A DNA stretch of 64,000 bases from Gracilinanus agilis (lineage: Eukaryota), in contig NC_058135.1 in NCBI RefSeq assembly GCF_016433145.1, forward strand, positions 214,883,847 through 214,947,846. The letters are read 5' to 3'. Positions 12,691 to 23,284 of this stretch are shown one piece after another. The notes under the pieces were generated by a model. It saw nothing but the letters and a program-made list of their open reading frames with translations, was not told the origin of the DNA and did no database searches. Position numbers and translations under genes: made by a program. The first letter of the stretch is position 1. Each line of letters begins with the position of its first letter.

Positions 12691-13519
12691 ATGATGATGA
12701 TGTTCTCTTTGATCTTTTCCTCTCTAAGCTATCATTCCCATTTCTTTTAACTAATCTTCATTGTCCATGATTTTGAGCCCCTGCACCATTCTTCTCTCTC
12801 TGTCCTGGATGCTCTTTAACTTTTCAATATGTCCCTTGATATATATATCATATATATCATATGCCCATATAGGAAATCTATGATTTCCTAGGTATTTTTC
12901 TGACAAGCTCATCCCAAAAGATCAACATGGCATCTACTAATCTTCCAACAAATAGTTGCCTGCATTGTGTTAAATGGTGGGGATAAAAAGGAACTGGGTT
13001 TGTGAAATCCATGTACTCCAAGATAAGTCAATTCTCTGTACCAACACAGGTTGGCACCTCTTCATTGGAAAGTGTTTGACTAGCAGGATATGAAGGGATT
13101 TGTCGAAGTTCATTCATCCAAGAAATGTCAGAGGAGGGATGTGGATTTTAGATTTTCCTCTATTCACTTTGCCCCCACACGGAAAGAAAGAGTTCCTCTC
13201 CATAGTGAGCAAGTAGCTCACATTCTATTGAGAAGCTAATATGTTATATGTTAATGTTAGCTAAGAAGCTAAAAATAAGCTTATATAAAGATATCCAAAA
13301 GCATAACCCAAATGTCAGAGGTAGATCATTGGATTTGGAATGGGGAACACTGAAGTCAAGAAGTCAAATCTTGCTTCATAATATTTCATAGCTAAGAAAC
13401 CATTGGAGAGTCTCATCATCTTACAGAATTGCTTTTTATCACCTACAAAATCAGGTTAACAACTTACATTTCAGAATTGTCCTTTAAAAAAGTATAGCTT
13501 TGTATAATTAAAAATTGAT

Positions 13520-13890
13520 ATACCTACTATTTGACAAAAACTGCTGGTAAAATTGGAAAACAATATGGGAGCGATTGGGTCTAGATCAATGGTTCCCAAA
13601 CTTTTTTGGCCTACTGCCCCCTTTACAGAAAAAAAAAAATTTTACTTAGCGCCCCCTGTCACATACTATCACTGGTCCCCAAATGCAACTGTGGCCATCA
13701 CCGCCTCCCCTGGATCGCTGTAGCACCCACTAGGGGGTGGTGGTGCCCCCTTTGGGAATCACTGGTCTAGATCATCTCACATTCTATACTAAGATAAATT
13801 CAGAATGCGTTAATGATTTGAATATAAAGATGGAAACTATAAATAAATTAGGTGAACACAGAATAGTATACTTGTCAGATTTCTGGGAAA
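13520..13890 (+). mobile_element. Internal L1 ORF2 fragment split by a hAT MITE
   Basis: With the MITE and one TSD removed it translates LFDKNCW*NWKTIWERLGLDHLTFYTKINSECVNDLNIKMETINKLGEHRIVYLSDFWE. Confidence 0.9.
13587..13764 (+). mobile_element. Non-autonomous hAT/Charlie MITE, subfamily A, inserted in an L1 fragment
   Basis: TIRs CAATGGTTCCCAAA ... TTTGGGAATCACTG. Perfect TSD GTCTAGAT (13579-13586, 13765-13772). Internal sequence shared with 4365-4558. Confidence 0.95.
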
Positions 13891-14514
13891 ATTTTCTAAA
13901 AAATAAAATTTAAAGTAAAAATAAAACAAAATAAAAGGGTCTTCCTTTAAAAATTAAAATGAAATAAACAAAATTTTTATCTGTTCAATTTCTCTAGTCA
14001 GTGAAGCATCCCTTGTGACAAAGAAATGTTTAAAAATTAAAAGTCATTTTTTTCAAAATCAAACACAATATAACTATATCTGACATACAAACAATTCCCC
14101 ATTTGTAAATGCCACCCTTCCCCTCCTCTGCGTAGTTTCTCATCTCTTTTCTGGGGTTTGTGTCAACCAACTAATGGTTGAACTTGGTCCTTATAATTAT
14201 ACACAAATACATACACCCATGCCCACAGTCTGTCAGGACTGCTTCTCCTTCTATACATCAGTGGATCTCCGACCTCATTGGTGCAAATTTTCTTCACCTC
14301 AGTAGACTATAACCCACCCATGCTGAATTTATATCGTAATCAGAAGCATTTCTCATTTCCTTCTACTAACACCAGACCACAGAAAATTATTGTTTGCAAC
14401 TGTTGCCATTGGCATTTTCTAAATCTTCCAAGGGATACAGAAATAAATTCAGTACCATTCTCATTCCCATGTAAGGCTCAGTCTGTCCAGCTCTTAGCTC
14501 TTACTTTTAATGTA

Positions 14515-15081
14515 TTTAAATTTTTTAAATTTATTTATTAAGTACTTTAAAATATTCAGTTTACACCCCTTCTTTCTCTATTTCCTCTATTAGAGAAAGT
14601 CTCATTTGCCAAAAAAAATATGTATATATAAAACTCTATCTTACTTCTGTTTATTAGTTCTTTCTCCAGAGGTAGACATACACAAGTCATTCTTCCAAGA
14701 ATATTTCTTTTGTTGTATATAATGGACTCTTGGTTCTGCTTGTTGCATTCTTCTTAATTTCATGTAGGTCTTTCTGTGGTTTTCCAAAATTAACCCATCC
14801 ATCATTTCTTATGATACAATAGTATCCCCTTAAAATCAGATGCCACAATTTGTTTAGCCATTCTCCGATTATTGGGTATCACCTCAATTTCCAGTTCTTT
14901 GCCAGCACAAAAGAGCTACTATAAATATTTTAGAACATATGGGTTTTCTTCCTTTTTCCCTGATCATCTCAGGAAATAAACCTAATACTAGTATTTCTGG
15001 GTCAAAAGGCACCCATAGCATTATAACTCTTTGAACATAATTCCAGATTACTCTTCAAAATGCCTGGATCAGTTCACTTTT
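14515..15081 (-). mobile_element. Old marsupial L1 3' fragment
   Basis: TTTAGCCATTCTCCGATTATTGGGTATC...TTCTTTGCCAGCACAAAAGAGCTACTATAAATATTTT, an L1 ORF2-end motif. Confidence 0.8.
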
Positions 15082-16004
15082 ACTCTGTTGACCAGACTGC
15101 CCCTTTTCCGGGTGTATGTGTCTGATGATTTCTTTTCTGTCATCTTTTGTGCTGGTCACTGCTAGTGGCTATATGTTGCAGCTGCTTCCCTATCCTGAGC
15201 ATCTTCCTCTTGCCCTTCAGGTCACCTGCAAATTTGATTCTTCAGAGATTGTGGCATTCCATGATTCCCAGCCAATTATTATTATTATTAGCCTTATTAT
15301 GATTATTCCACTGCAATGGAACTATGTGCTTTGCCATCTAATATAAAACTGATAAAAGTGGCTAAGACTTCATTAAAGCATGCAAGGCAGCAAATGGATA
15401 AAGAAAATAATGAAAAACCTGTTTATTGTAATTAACTTAATACAAGCATTTCTGAAAACACAGCTTGTCTCATCATGCAGAAAGCTACAGGCGCTGACAC
15501 AACAGCTTTACATAATATACTCCATTTTATTCTGAAAAGAATTGTAATTTGTCGGGAGAGGGAGGGGGAGGATGTGTGTTTCCCTTCCCAAGCAGTGCCT
15601 TGGGCTCCACATGGGTTAGTGTCCTCTGCTACAGGCAATTTAAAATCCTGCTTTGGATAACTTGGAGAAGACAAATTAAACTCAGAGACCCGACAGCCAG
15701 GCTATAAACCATGGCTGCATTAACAGCAATGGTTTTTAAATTGTTTCTGAGAATTTGAGTCGAAGTTGCCCTTCTGTGCTAGAGATGCTTATTTATTCAC
15801 TTTGGATGGAACGGAGTCAAGTTTCCATTGTGCTCTACTTCAGTGCTTCATGGAGATGACTCTGGGCTCTTGAAAGCTATGCCAGCTGATTTATGAGGTC
15901 TGGTAGGTTCAACCATGTTGGAAAGCCTTTGAGCAATGGACATATCTTTTACAAGTACCAAGCCCAAGAAGGAGAGACAGGCTCATTGCCATTGGGTTGG
16001 CCAC

Positions 16005-16045
<41 letters not shown>
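16005..16045. repeat. (TAA)n microsatellite
   Basis: Direct reading. Confidence 0.98.
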
Positions 16046-16589
16046 TTCTTTTACCCAGGCTATGCCTGAGAATATTCTTCAGTGATCTGATTTCTCTACC
16101 TGGAGGACAGATTGTGGGTTAGTTTCATACTTGCTCTGCATAGAATTTTATTATGATATTAATGGTAATAGTAATATTGCTATCTATCTGCTTATCTATC
16201 TCTAATCTATACTTTTGTTGAACCTTTTGATTTCATTGATGTCTGGAACTCTGGGTAAAAAGCTTCCTTTATCAATGGAAATTGGCCAATTTGCAGTGTT
16301 AGAGATGTGTTTGGAATGCAATGAACTTCAAATCTTTGTTCGTGTCACATAATCAGTTTGTGTCAGAGGTGAGACTTGAACCCAGGTTTCCTTCACACAA
16401 GACCAGTTTGAAATCTGTTACATCAGACAGCTTCTGTATAAACTAGTTCTGAAAATGCTGAGTGCTAGAAATTTCATATTATATAATTCTCAAGTCACAA
16501 AAGGTCAGACTACCAAAAATGTAGAATTAAGGATGATGACGATAATATAATAATAATAACACTATGGTAACAGTTATGATAACACTAAT

Positions 16590-16895
16590 GTAGCATCTTG
16601 AGATTTATAAACTACTTTATGTATTTTATTTTATCATTTTATATGGATATAATTAAGATAATATAATATATAGTAAGGATAATATAATAATAAAGATTCT
16701 TGAATGTCAGGTGCTATTACAATTCCCATTTTACAGATGAGAAAATTGAGGCTGACAAAAAAATTAAAGTGACTTACCCACCCAGGATTATATGGTTTGT
16801 AAGATAACTTGTAACCTTCTGAAATTGGATTTGAATACAGAAATTCTTGGCTCAAGTCCAATTCTCTAATCACTGGATCACTGAGCTGTCTCATC
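16590..16895 (-). mobile_element. MIR
   Basis: CCCATTTTACAGATGAGAAAATTGAGGCT reverse core. Similar minus-strand MIRs at ~20620, 38840, 45440 and 60300. Confidence 0.8.
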
Positions 16896-17733
16896 TAAAA
16901 GGGATGCCTCCTATTCCAAAGGGGTGTTCAAATGGAGAATTATCAAAATATCAAAGCTGAATGAATTTAGAGGTCAAATCTAGACCTAATTTGAATGATT
17001 AAGGATATTAGATGGAGAGAAATACAATATGTTCCTGGTTACATTCGTAATTAGTGACAGAAGCTGCCCTAGAATCCAGGTCTCTTAATTCCCAGTTCAT
17101 TTTCTTTTCTATATTTTATAAGGAGAGAAGTGATGGGAAGAGAACAGTTTGGCTTGCAATTCATCTCATTTATACCACTCTGTGATCTGTACAGTGGAAA
17201 GAACAATGTTCTGATTATCTCAGAGCCTCAGAGAAGTTGTGACTGACACCAGATCATATAGATGGTAGAATCAGGATGAAAACTTGGACTCCCCAATTCT
17301 CTCCTGGGACTCATTAACTGAACTTAACCTTTGTGTTACAGCAGAGAGAGCGCAATCGATTTGGAGTCATCTATACAGGCAGGGTTCAAGTTTAAACTAT
17401 GTGATTAAGTTTATATTTTATGCCATTTACACTATGCTTTTTTGTTCTGGTCTCTGTACAGCTTCCCTGTAAAATTGGAGGGGTTGTACGTATGACCCGA
17501 ATCCTATGGCATCTTACAAAAATGTCAAACATGTGGCTTGTGCACCTCTCTTGCAGCTCACAACATTTCAGAGTCACCTTGAGCTAGATTAAAATGTAAT
17601 TGGAAAATACTTAACAAAATAAATAAAAAATACAATAAAGCATAGGTAATATTAATATGGTATTCTAAGTAAATATGGAGTCTTATGTAGAGTGTAGTGG
17701 ACTCTGTTTCTATTTGAGTTTGACACCAATGCT

Positions 17734-17952
17734 TTGTGTTCAGTTGTTTCATTCACATCTGACTCTTAGTGACCCTATTTGGAGTTTTCTTTGCAAAGAT
17801 CCTGGAGTGGCTTGACATTTGCTTGTGCAGCTTATTTTACAGATGAGGAAACTGAGGCAAAAAGGTCAAGTGACTTTTCTAGGGTCACAGAGCCAGTAAG
17901 TGTCTGTGTTTAGATCAGAACTCAGAAAGATAACTCTTCCTGACTCCAGACC
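17734..17952 (-). mobile_element. MAR1-type CORE-SINE
   Basis: Reverse of the RTE-derived tail (GTTCAGTTGTTTCA...TTGCAAAGATCCTGGAGTGG) plus the TTTTACAGATGAGGAAACTGAGGC core. Confidence 0.88.
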
Positions 17953-18146
17953 TTACAGCTTTAATATATGATCTGTGGTCCTCTAGTTGATATTTTACAG
18001 ATTAGCCAAATGACATACAGTGGTTGAGTGATTTATCCTAAATCACAGAGAATGTTAGATAAAATAGGAAGGTCTAGAACTTGGGTGTTATGGCTCCTGG
18101 TCCAGTTTAGCATCTAAACTCGTATCCAGCTCCTGGCTTCCCTGTA

Positions 18147-18410
18147 TATAAATGGAGATTTTGAACCTTGGACTTCATCCCCCATATGTCCCTTCGTGGT
18201 TGCCAAAAATGTAAAGGAGGAAATTGGGAAAGATTATGAGTGGATTGGATATTTAAGAGTTTTAGTGTGGTTACCAAGGAATTGAATAAATATCAATTCC
18301 TAATAAAAGAGACCCAAGTCAGGATGACTTTTATGGTAGTTTATTTACAATTAGGAAGGTTGAAGGTAGGGAAAATGAGAAAGAGGCACTCTAGCTTGGA
18401 CTGGAGGCCC
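18147..18410 (-). mobile_element. ERV fragment (R-U5, PBS, short leader), left arm of the palindrome
   Basis: The minus strand reads CT-rich R, AATAAA (18345-18340), U5 ending ...CCTTTACA at 18210, then TTTT and TGGCAACCACGAAGGGAC (18205-18188). This is the canonical LTR-end + PBS arrangement. Confidence 0.8.
18188..18205 (-). promoter_or_regulatory. Retroviral primer-binding site, tRNA-Arg type
   Basis: The plus strand reads GTCCCTTCGTGGTTGCCA. This matches the 3' end of vertebrate tRNA-Arg(UCG) isodecoders (...ATCCCTTCGTGGTTG-CCA, recalled) at 17 of 18 nt and lies 4 nt beyond an LTR CA end. Confidence 0.75.
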
Positions 18411-18420
18411 AAAGCAGGTA

Positions 18421-18685
18421 GGGCTTCCAAGGCCCCAACAGAGTTTCTCTCTCTCATTTTCCCTACCTTCAACCTTCCTAAATGTAAATAAACTACCATA
18501 AAAGTCATCCTGTCTTGGGTCTCTTTTATTAGAAATTGATATTTATTCAATTCCTTGGTGACCACACTAAAACTCTTAAATATCCAATCCACTCATAATC
18601 TTTCCCAATTTCCCCCTTTAATTTTTTGGCGAACATGAAGGGACTTATGGGGGATGAAGTTCAAAGTTCAAAATCTCCATTTATA
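18421..18685 (+). mobile_element. ERV fragment (R-U5, PBS, short leader), right arm of the palindrome
   Basis: AATAAA at 18487-18492, decayed U5 end ...CCTTTAAT at 18622, and PBS-like TGGCGAACATGAAGGGAC at 18627-18644. Confidence 0.75.
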
Positions 18686-18694
18686 AACCTGCAT

Positions 18695-18955
18695 GCTTTC
18701 GAGTCCCAATTGAAACCCCACTTTCTGCAGGAAACCTTTCCCAATCCCTCTTAATTCTCATGTCTTCTCTCTGTTAATTACTTCCAGTTTATTCTTTACA
18801 TCATTTATATATAACTGTTTGCACATTGTCTCCCCCATTAGACTCCCTATTCCTTGAGCACAGAAGTTGGCTTTTATCTTTCTTTTTTATTCCCAGTACT
18901 TAGAATAATGCCCAGTGCCTAGTCAGTACTTAATAAATATGCATTGAATGACCAA
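18695..18955 (+). mobile_element. L2 3' end
   Basis: GGAAACCTTTCCCAATCCCTCTTAATT...TTGTCTCCCCCATTAGACT...GTACTTAATAAATATGCATTGAATGA. Confidence 0.8.
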
Positions 18956-21540
18956 AAAAGTCTAGCCAAACATATATTAAAAATCTAATATGGCAGTTTG
19001 GTTTGTTAATTTATGATAGCTCTACCTTCCATATCACAATTAAGAAAGGCTTCCATTGTGGTTTTCTCCAAAGAGTTTTTAAGCATTAGAGTCCATAGAG
19101 AGTTACAACAAATGATGGTTAGCCCAGAGATAAGATCTGGTAACTCATTGTTTCCTCATTTCCTTGTCATTTGTGCCACATTTAGGTAGGTGAGGTGGCT
19201 TAATATCATGCCATATAATGAAAGGTCCACCATATTTCCCTTAATAATTAAAAGGAAGTAGTAGTCTGGAGAGGAAAAGATTTAGGATTGACTTAATAGC
19301 TATTTTCAAGTATTTAAAGGGCTTTCCTGTAGAATATGGGTCAAGTTTGATCTCTTTGGCCGCAGAAGGTAGATTAGAAGTCACGACTAGTGGTCTTAGA
19401 AAGATCTGAATTGGATACAAGGAAACATGCCCTGTTGTTCAGAGGATTACCAAGTTATGGGAGGTCTTCAGGCAGTTTGGATCACTCTTAGTCTATTTAG
19501 ATAACTTAACTATTTAGTACTATTTAGAGCTATTTAACTAATGGTTGGACTTCTCAGGTCTTTTCCTGCTCTGAGATTCTATGATCTCATGAGGTTAATG
19601 GTAAAAAGTGACATTTTTCTCATTAAATTTCCACATTTCATCTGTGAGGTATATACTATGAGTATAATCATCATCTTTTTTTTTAATGAGGAAACAAAGT
19701 CTCAGGTTCATTATATTGCTTGTAGTCCCATAGCTAATAAGTGTCAGTAGCAGAATTTGTTCTCGGGTTCCCTAACTCCAAATCCGACAGGAATCTTGAA
19801 AAGTTAAGTAATTGGATCTGTATCAGACCAAAACAAATTTATGTCATATTAGGGTTGAGCAGGGAGCAATATTTTAGAGTTACCAATAGGCAAATATCAA
19901 TGTTACCAATTGGGCAAGTCAGGAATATTGGATAAGAGGGGCCCTCTGAGATAAAGAACAAGAAATCAGCCATGAGCAGAGGTCTTATGTGTAAGGCCTC
20001 TGCATTAGCTTGTGTTGATATTCAAACTGATGCAGAGTATGAGGGAAGAGGCAGCCAGAGGTCAAGATCACTAGCCAGGTGATTCACCAAGAGACTTAAC
20101 AAAACCGATTGATGTTTTCCCCATGAGCAGGTATCTGAGTATATGCTTGCCTTGCTCCATTGGGATTTTTAAAGGAGCTTTCTAAGGTCTGCCCATCTTG
20201 GTACATTTATAACATCTTTTCTCACAGTCTTACTTAAATAAAGGCAAAGACAAGTGAAATGTTTCTTCTTTTCTTGATGGTGGTCGCAAGGTATGGTAAA
20301 GTGCTTATGGAGGAATGGGCCATTTGTGCTTTACTCAAAAGGATGATTTAGTGACTGTTGCATGGAGTAATATTTTACTCCCTCTCCCTCATTTTATTTT
20401 TTGAAATTTTTTGCTGAGAGGATTTTATTGCTTTTTTAAAGTGGAGATGAAGAAAGGATAAAAGCCATATTCAAGCACCAGAATAAAGGAAATTAAATTA
20501 TTATTTGCTACCAAAAACCAGTCTGAACAAAACAAAAACACCTAAATCTTAGGGGTTACGACTTTAAATTAAAACTTTGCATGCAACTTCCAATTGCCTG
20601 TTTTTATGACAATGATAATAATAATGGATATTTAAAGGCTGTTTTAAAGTTTACACAGATTTTTACTTGATTATTACATTTGACCTCTAAACAGTATTTA
20701 AACAATTTAACTCCATTTTACAGCTGAGAAAACTGAGATTCAAATGTGTGAAGATCAATTGCTTGAATTCTGTTACTACCAATTCTTTACTCTAACCACT
20801 TGGTAAACACTACATACAAATCTCAGAGAGAGGTAGCAAAAGTCACAATAATTATCTCTCTGGAGATTTAGTCTTGGATTGGCAGGTGGAAAATGCATGA
20901 CCCTAGCAATTATTTATGTTATATTATTTGGGTTTGCTTTTGTTGAAAAGTGACTTAGGAAAAAGCCCTTCTTATAGTTTTGAAAGTAGATTATTTCCCT
21001 TCCTAGCTGATAAGCTTCTTGCAGGTCAGGCTATTTTTATGTGTTCTTCTCCTGCAGTGGTCTTCTCATTGTAGGAGCTAGTAAATATTTACCAAATATT
21101 GAATGAATGATGAATGAAAGAGTAATGGTGACCTGAATAAAAATTATATGTACATATGTTTGTGTTTGAGTTGTATGTGTCCTTGATTATTTTCCCAAAG
21201 GACATTTTTTCCCTGATAATGATTGCAGTGAACATCTCCAAATGACATTGGAAAGGTTTGATGGGATTTTATTCAGAGCAGGGAACTTGCCTGATAAATT
21301 TTTTTCCTGCTGATTTGTGGAAGGACTGTGTTTGATGGACTAAGGAGGAAAGACCAGAATGCCTTTTTTTCATTTTGTTTGTGATTGGTTTTTACCCTAG
21401 CTGACATCCATGAATAGTGTTGCAGAACTTTATTAAATGTTTCTCACAGTCCCTACAGTGAGATTGGCAAGGAAGGGATTTCTGGCATGTATGGATGGGG
21501 CAGGGAAAGGTGAGTTTTCTGTCTCACTTCCCCCCCTGGA

Positions 21541-21566
21541 AAAAACAAACAAACAAACAAACAAAA
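21541..21566. repeat. (AAAC)n microsatellite
   Basis: Direct reading. Confidence 0.9.
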
Positions 21567-21685
21567 CTATAAAATTATTCTGAGTAAAAGATTTTAAGAA
21601 GTTGGTCTTCTGCTTTACCCTGTATTAACATAATCCTCATAAAACCTCAATGGAAGGCAGCATGGATTAGTGAATCAAGAATTAT

Positions 21686-22040
21686 CCTTGTAACAAACCA
21701 TTGACAAGAAGCAAGTCCCTATATGCACCAAAGTATTTATAATAGCATTTTTGTAGATAGGAAGGAATTGGCTCTAAAATAGATTCCCATGGATCGTGGA
21801 ATGGCTAAATATATTGCCATACATGAATACAATGGTACATCATTGTGCTGTAAGAAATGATGAAGGTGATGAATGCAGAGAAACTTAGAAAGATGTACTT
21901 ATACTGAGGCAGAGTAAAGTAAGCAGAACTAGGGTAAAGTTATGGATGGTGACTACAACAATAGAAAGAAAAAAAGAAAAGAAAAGAAAAAAAGTGAATT
22001 GTTACAAAGTTATAAAGAATAAATGTTATGCCCCCCCAAA
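21686..22040 (+). mobile_element. Old L1 3' fragment
   Basis: ACCAAAGTATTTATAATAGCATTTTTGTAG...GAATGGCTAAATATATTG...AATGGTACATCATTGTGCTGTAAGAAATGATGAA, homologous to the L1 ORF2 end. Confidence 0.75.
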
Positions 22041-22051
22041 AAGGTTTAAAA

Positions 22052-22182
22052 GGGGCAGCTGTGTAGCAGAGTGGATATAGTGCAAGGCCTGGAGTTGGGA
22101 GGACAGAAGTTCAAATCTGTTTTCAGATAATTCCTAACTGTGTGTCCCCAGGCAAGTCACTTAACCTTGTTTGCCTAGCCCA
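22052..22182 (+). mobile_element. Short WSINE-type CORE-SINE
   Basis: GGGGCAGCTG head, GTTCAAATC B-box and GGCAAGTCACTTAACC core. Confidence 0.8.
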
Positions 22183-22258
22183 TAACAGAAAATAAGGGTT
22201 AAGAAAAAGGTATATATGAAAATACTCTTACACTGTCCCTGTTGCTGAAGTGGGAGGT

Positions 22259-22260
<2 letters not shown>

Positions 22261-22335
<75 letters not shown>
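22261..22335. repeat. (AT)n microsatellite
   Basis: Direct reading. Confidence 0.98.
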
Positions 22336-22486
22336 TACCTGGCTCTCTGGAAGGGGATGGGAAGAGATGCTAGGGGAAACTATGATGATGGTGAAAACAA
22401 AAACAATCAGTATAAACTTTTTCCCCTAAAGAGCTATTTTGGGTCCAAGTCCTGCATCTGCTACATTCTAGGTGTGCCAGGCTTTT

Positions 22487-22666
22487 GCAACATGGTGGCC
22501 GCACCACTCCCTCCACTGTCCACTTCCTGGAGGCTTGCCATCTTGGCGTCAAACTTCACTTGGTATGGACACCTGATGGATTTAACCCAGTGCAGCTCAG
22601 AACTCTGGAGCTCAATATCCACCTCCCCAGTAACAGGGATTATATGTATGCACCACCATGTCTGAC
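22487..22666 (-). mobile_element. 7SL RNA-derived SINE/pseudogene (marsupial P7SL type), 3'-truncated
   Basis: The reverse complement begins GTCAGACATGGTGGTGCATACATATAATCCCTGTTACTGGGGAGG and continues ...GAGTTCTGAGCTGCACTGGG...ATCAGGTGTCCATACCAAG...GGCCACCATGTTGC. This aligns to roughly the first 170 nt of 7SL with many CpG-decay transitions. Confidence 0.88.
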
Positions 22667-23284
22667 CATGTTTGTGAATATTTATATTGAATTGAATTTC
22701 CATAGAACAAAATTAGCATAATATTGTGTGATTTGAGGTGCCTTGGGAAACCTTTGCAGCTTGGTAAATGTCTGCAGGGAGACAGAATGTCTTTATTTCT
22801 ACCATTAGAAATGCACCAGAACTGTCTAGACCTGTGAATTAATCAGTATGGGGTGGGGGGCTGTTGGTGAGGAAACATCTCTTGAATTCACCATTTCTCT
22901 ATGCTTACATAGCTACCATCTTCTAATGCAGATGAGCTAGTGTTCTGCAACATCACCATCACTATCACCATCATCATATAAATTAACAACAACAATAATA
23001 AAATAATCATAACAATAACCCTAAGCATTTATAGTTTTTATGGTTGACAAAGAGTGTGGGTGCTATTTTGATTTTCCCTTTTCAAGAAACTGAGGAAGAC
23101 AGTAACTTCCCAGGGTCCCATGCCAAGTGTTTGAGACTGAATTTGAACCTGTATTCCTGACTCCAAGTCTCTATTAATAGAACTTTCTACCTTCCACATA
23201 AATGATTAATAAGTTTATGTTTTTTTAAATGAATGTTCTATTGAGGTAGAGATATTCTTTTCTTTATTCTGTATCTTCTCTAAT

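Larger units (their letters stand above)
18147..18685. repeat. Long inverted repeat (palindrome): arms 18147-18385 and 18447-18685, ~61-bp partly self-complementary centre
   Basis: Manual alignment of the left arm to the reverse complement of the right arm gives 14 mismatches and no gaps over 239 bp (~94%). Looser pairing continues inward to GCCC(18407-18410)/GGGC(18421-18424) around a 10-nt loop. The twin ORFs 18240+ and 18341- are a by-product. Confidence 0.97.

Noticed and set aside
18240-18592. Twin near-identical 83-aa ORFs on opposite strands
   Set aside because: Direct consequence of the palindrome. They lie antisense to LTR sequence and have no protein similarity I recognise.
18147-18685. 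Palindrome as a Tc1/mariner MITE because both ends read TATA
   Set aside because: The arms contain LTR poly(A) signal, U5 end and PBS, and lack mariner- or Tigger-type terminal motifs. Not fully excluded until genome copy number is checked.
20230-20292. 63-nt segment with acceptor TTTTCTCACAG and donor AAG|GTATGG
   Set aside because: Stop codons in all three frames. At most a non-coding exon, with no other support.
22487-22666. Functional 7SL (SRP) RNA gene
   Set aside because: Truncated at about 60% of the length, heavy CpG decay and indels, no 3' Alu-domain strand or T-run terminator.
22291-22721. Cluster of overlapping ORFs up to 124 aa
   Set aside because: Explained by the (AT)n tract plus the 7SL-derived element.
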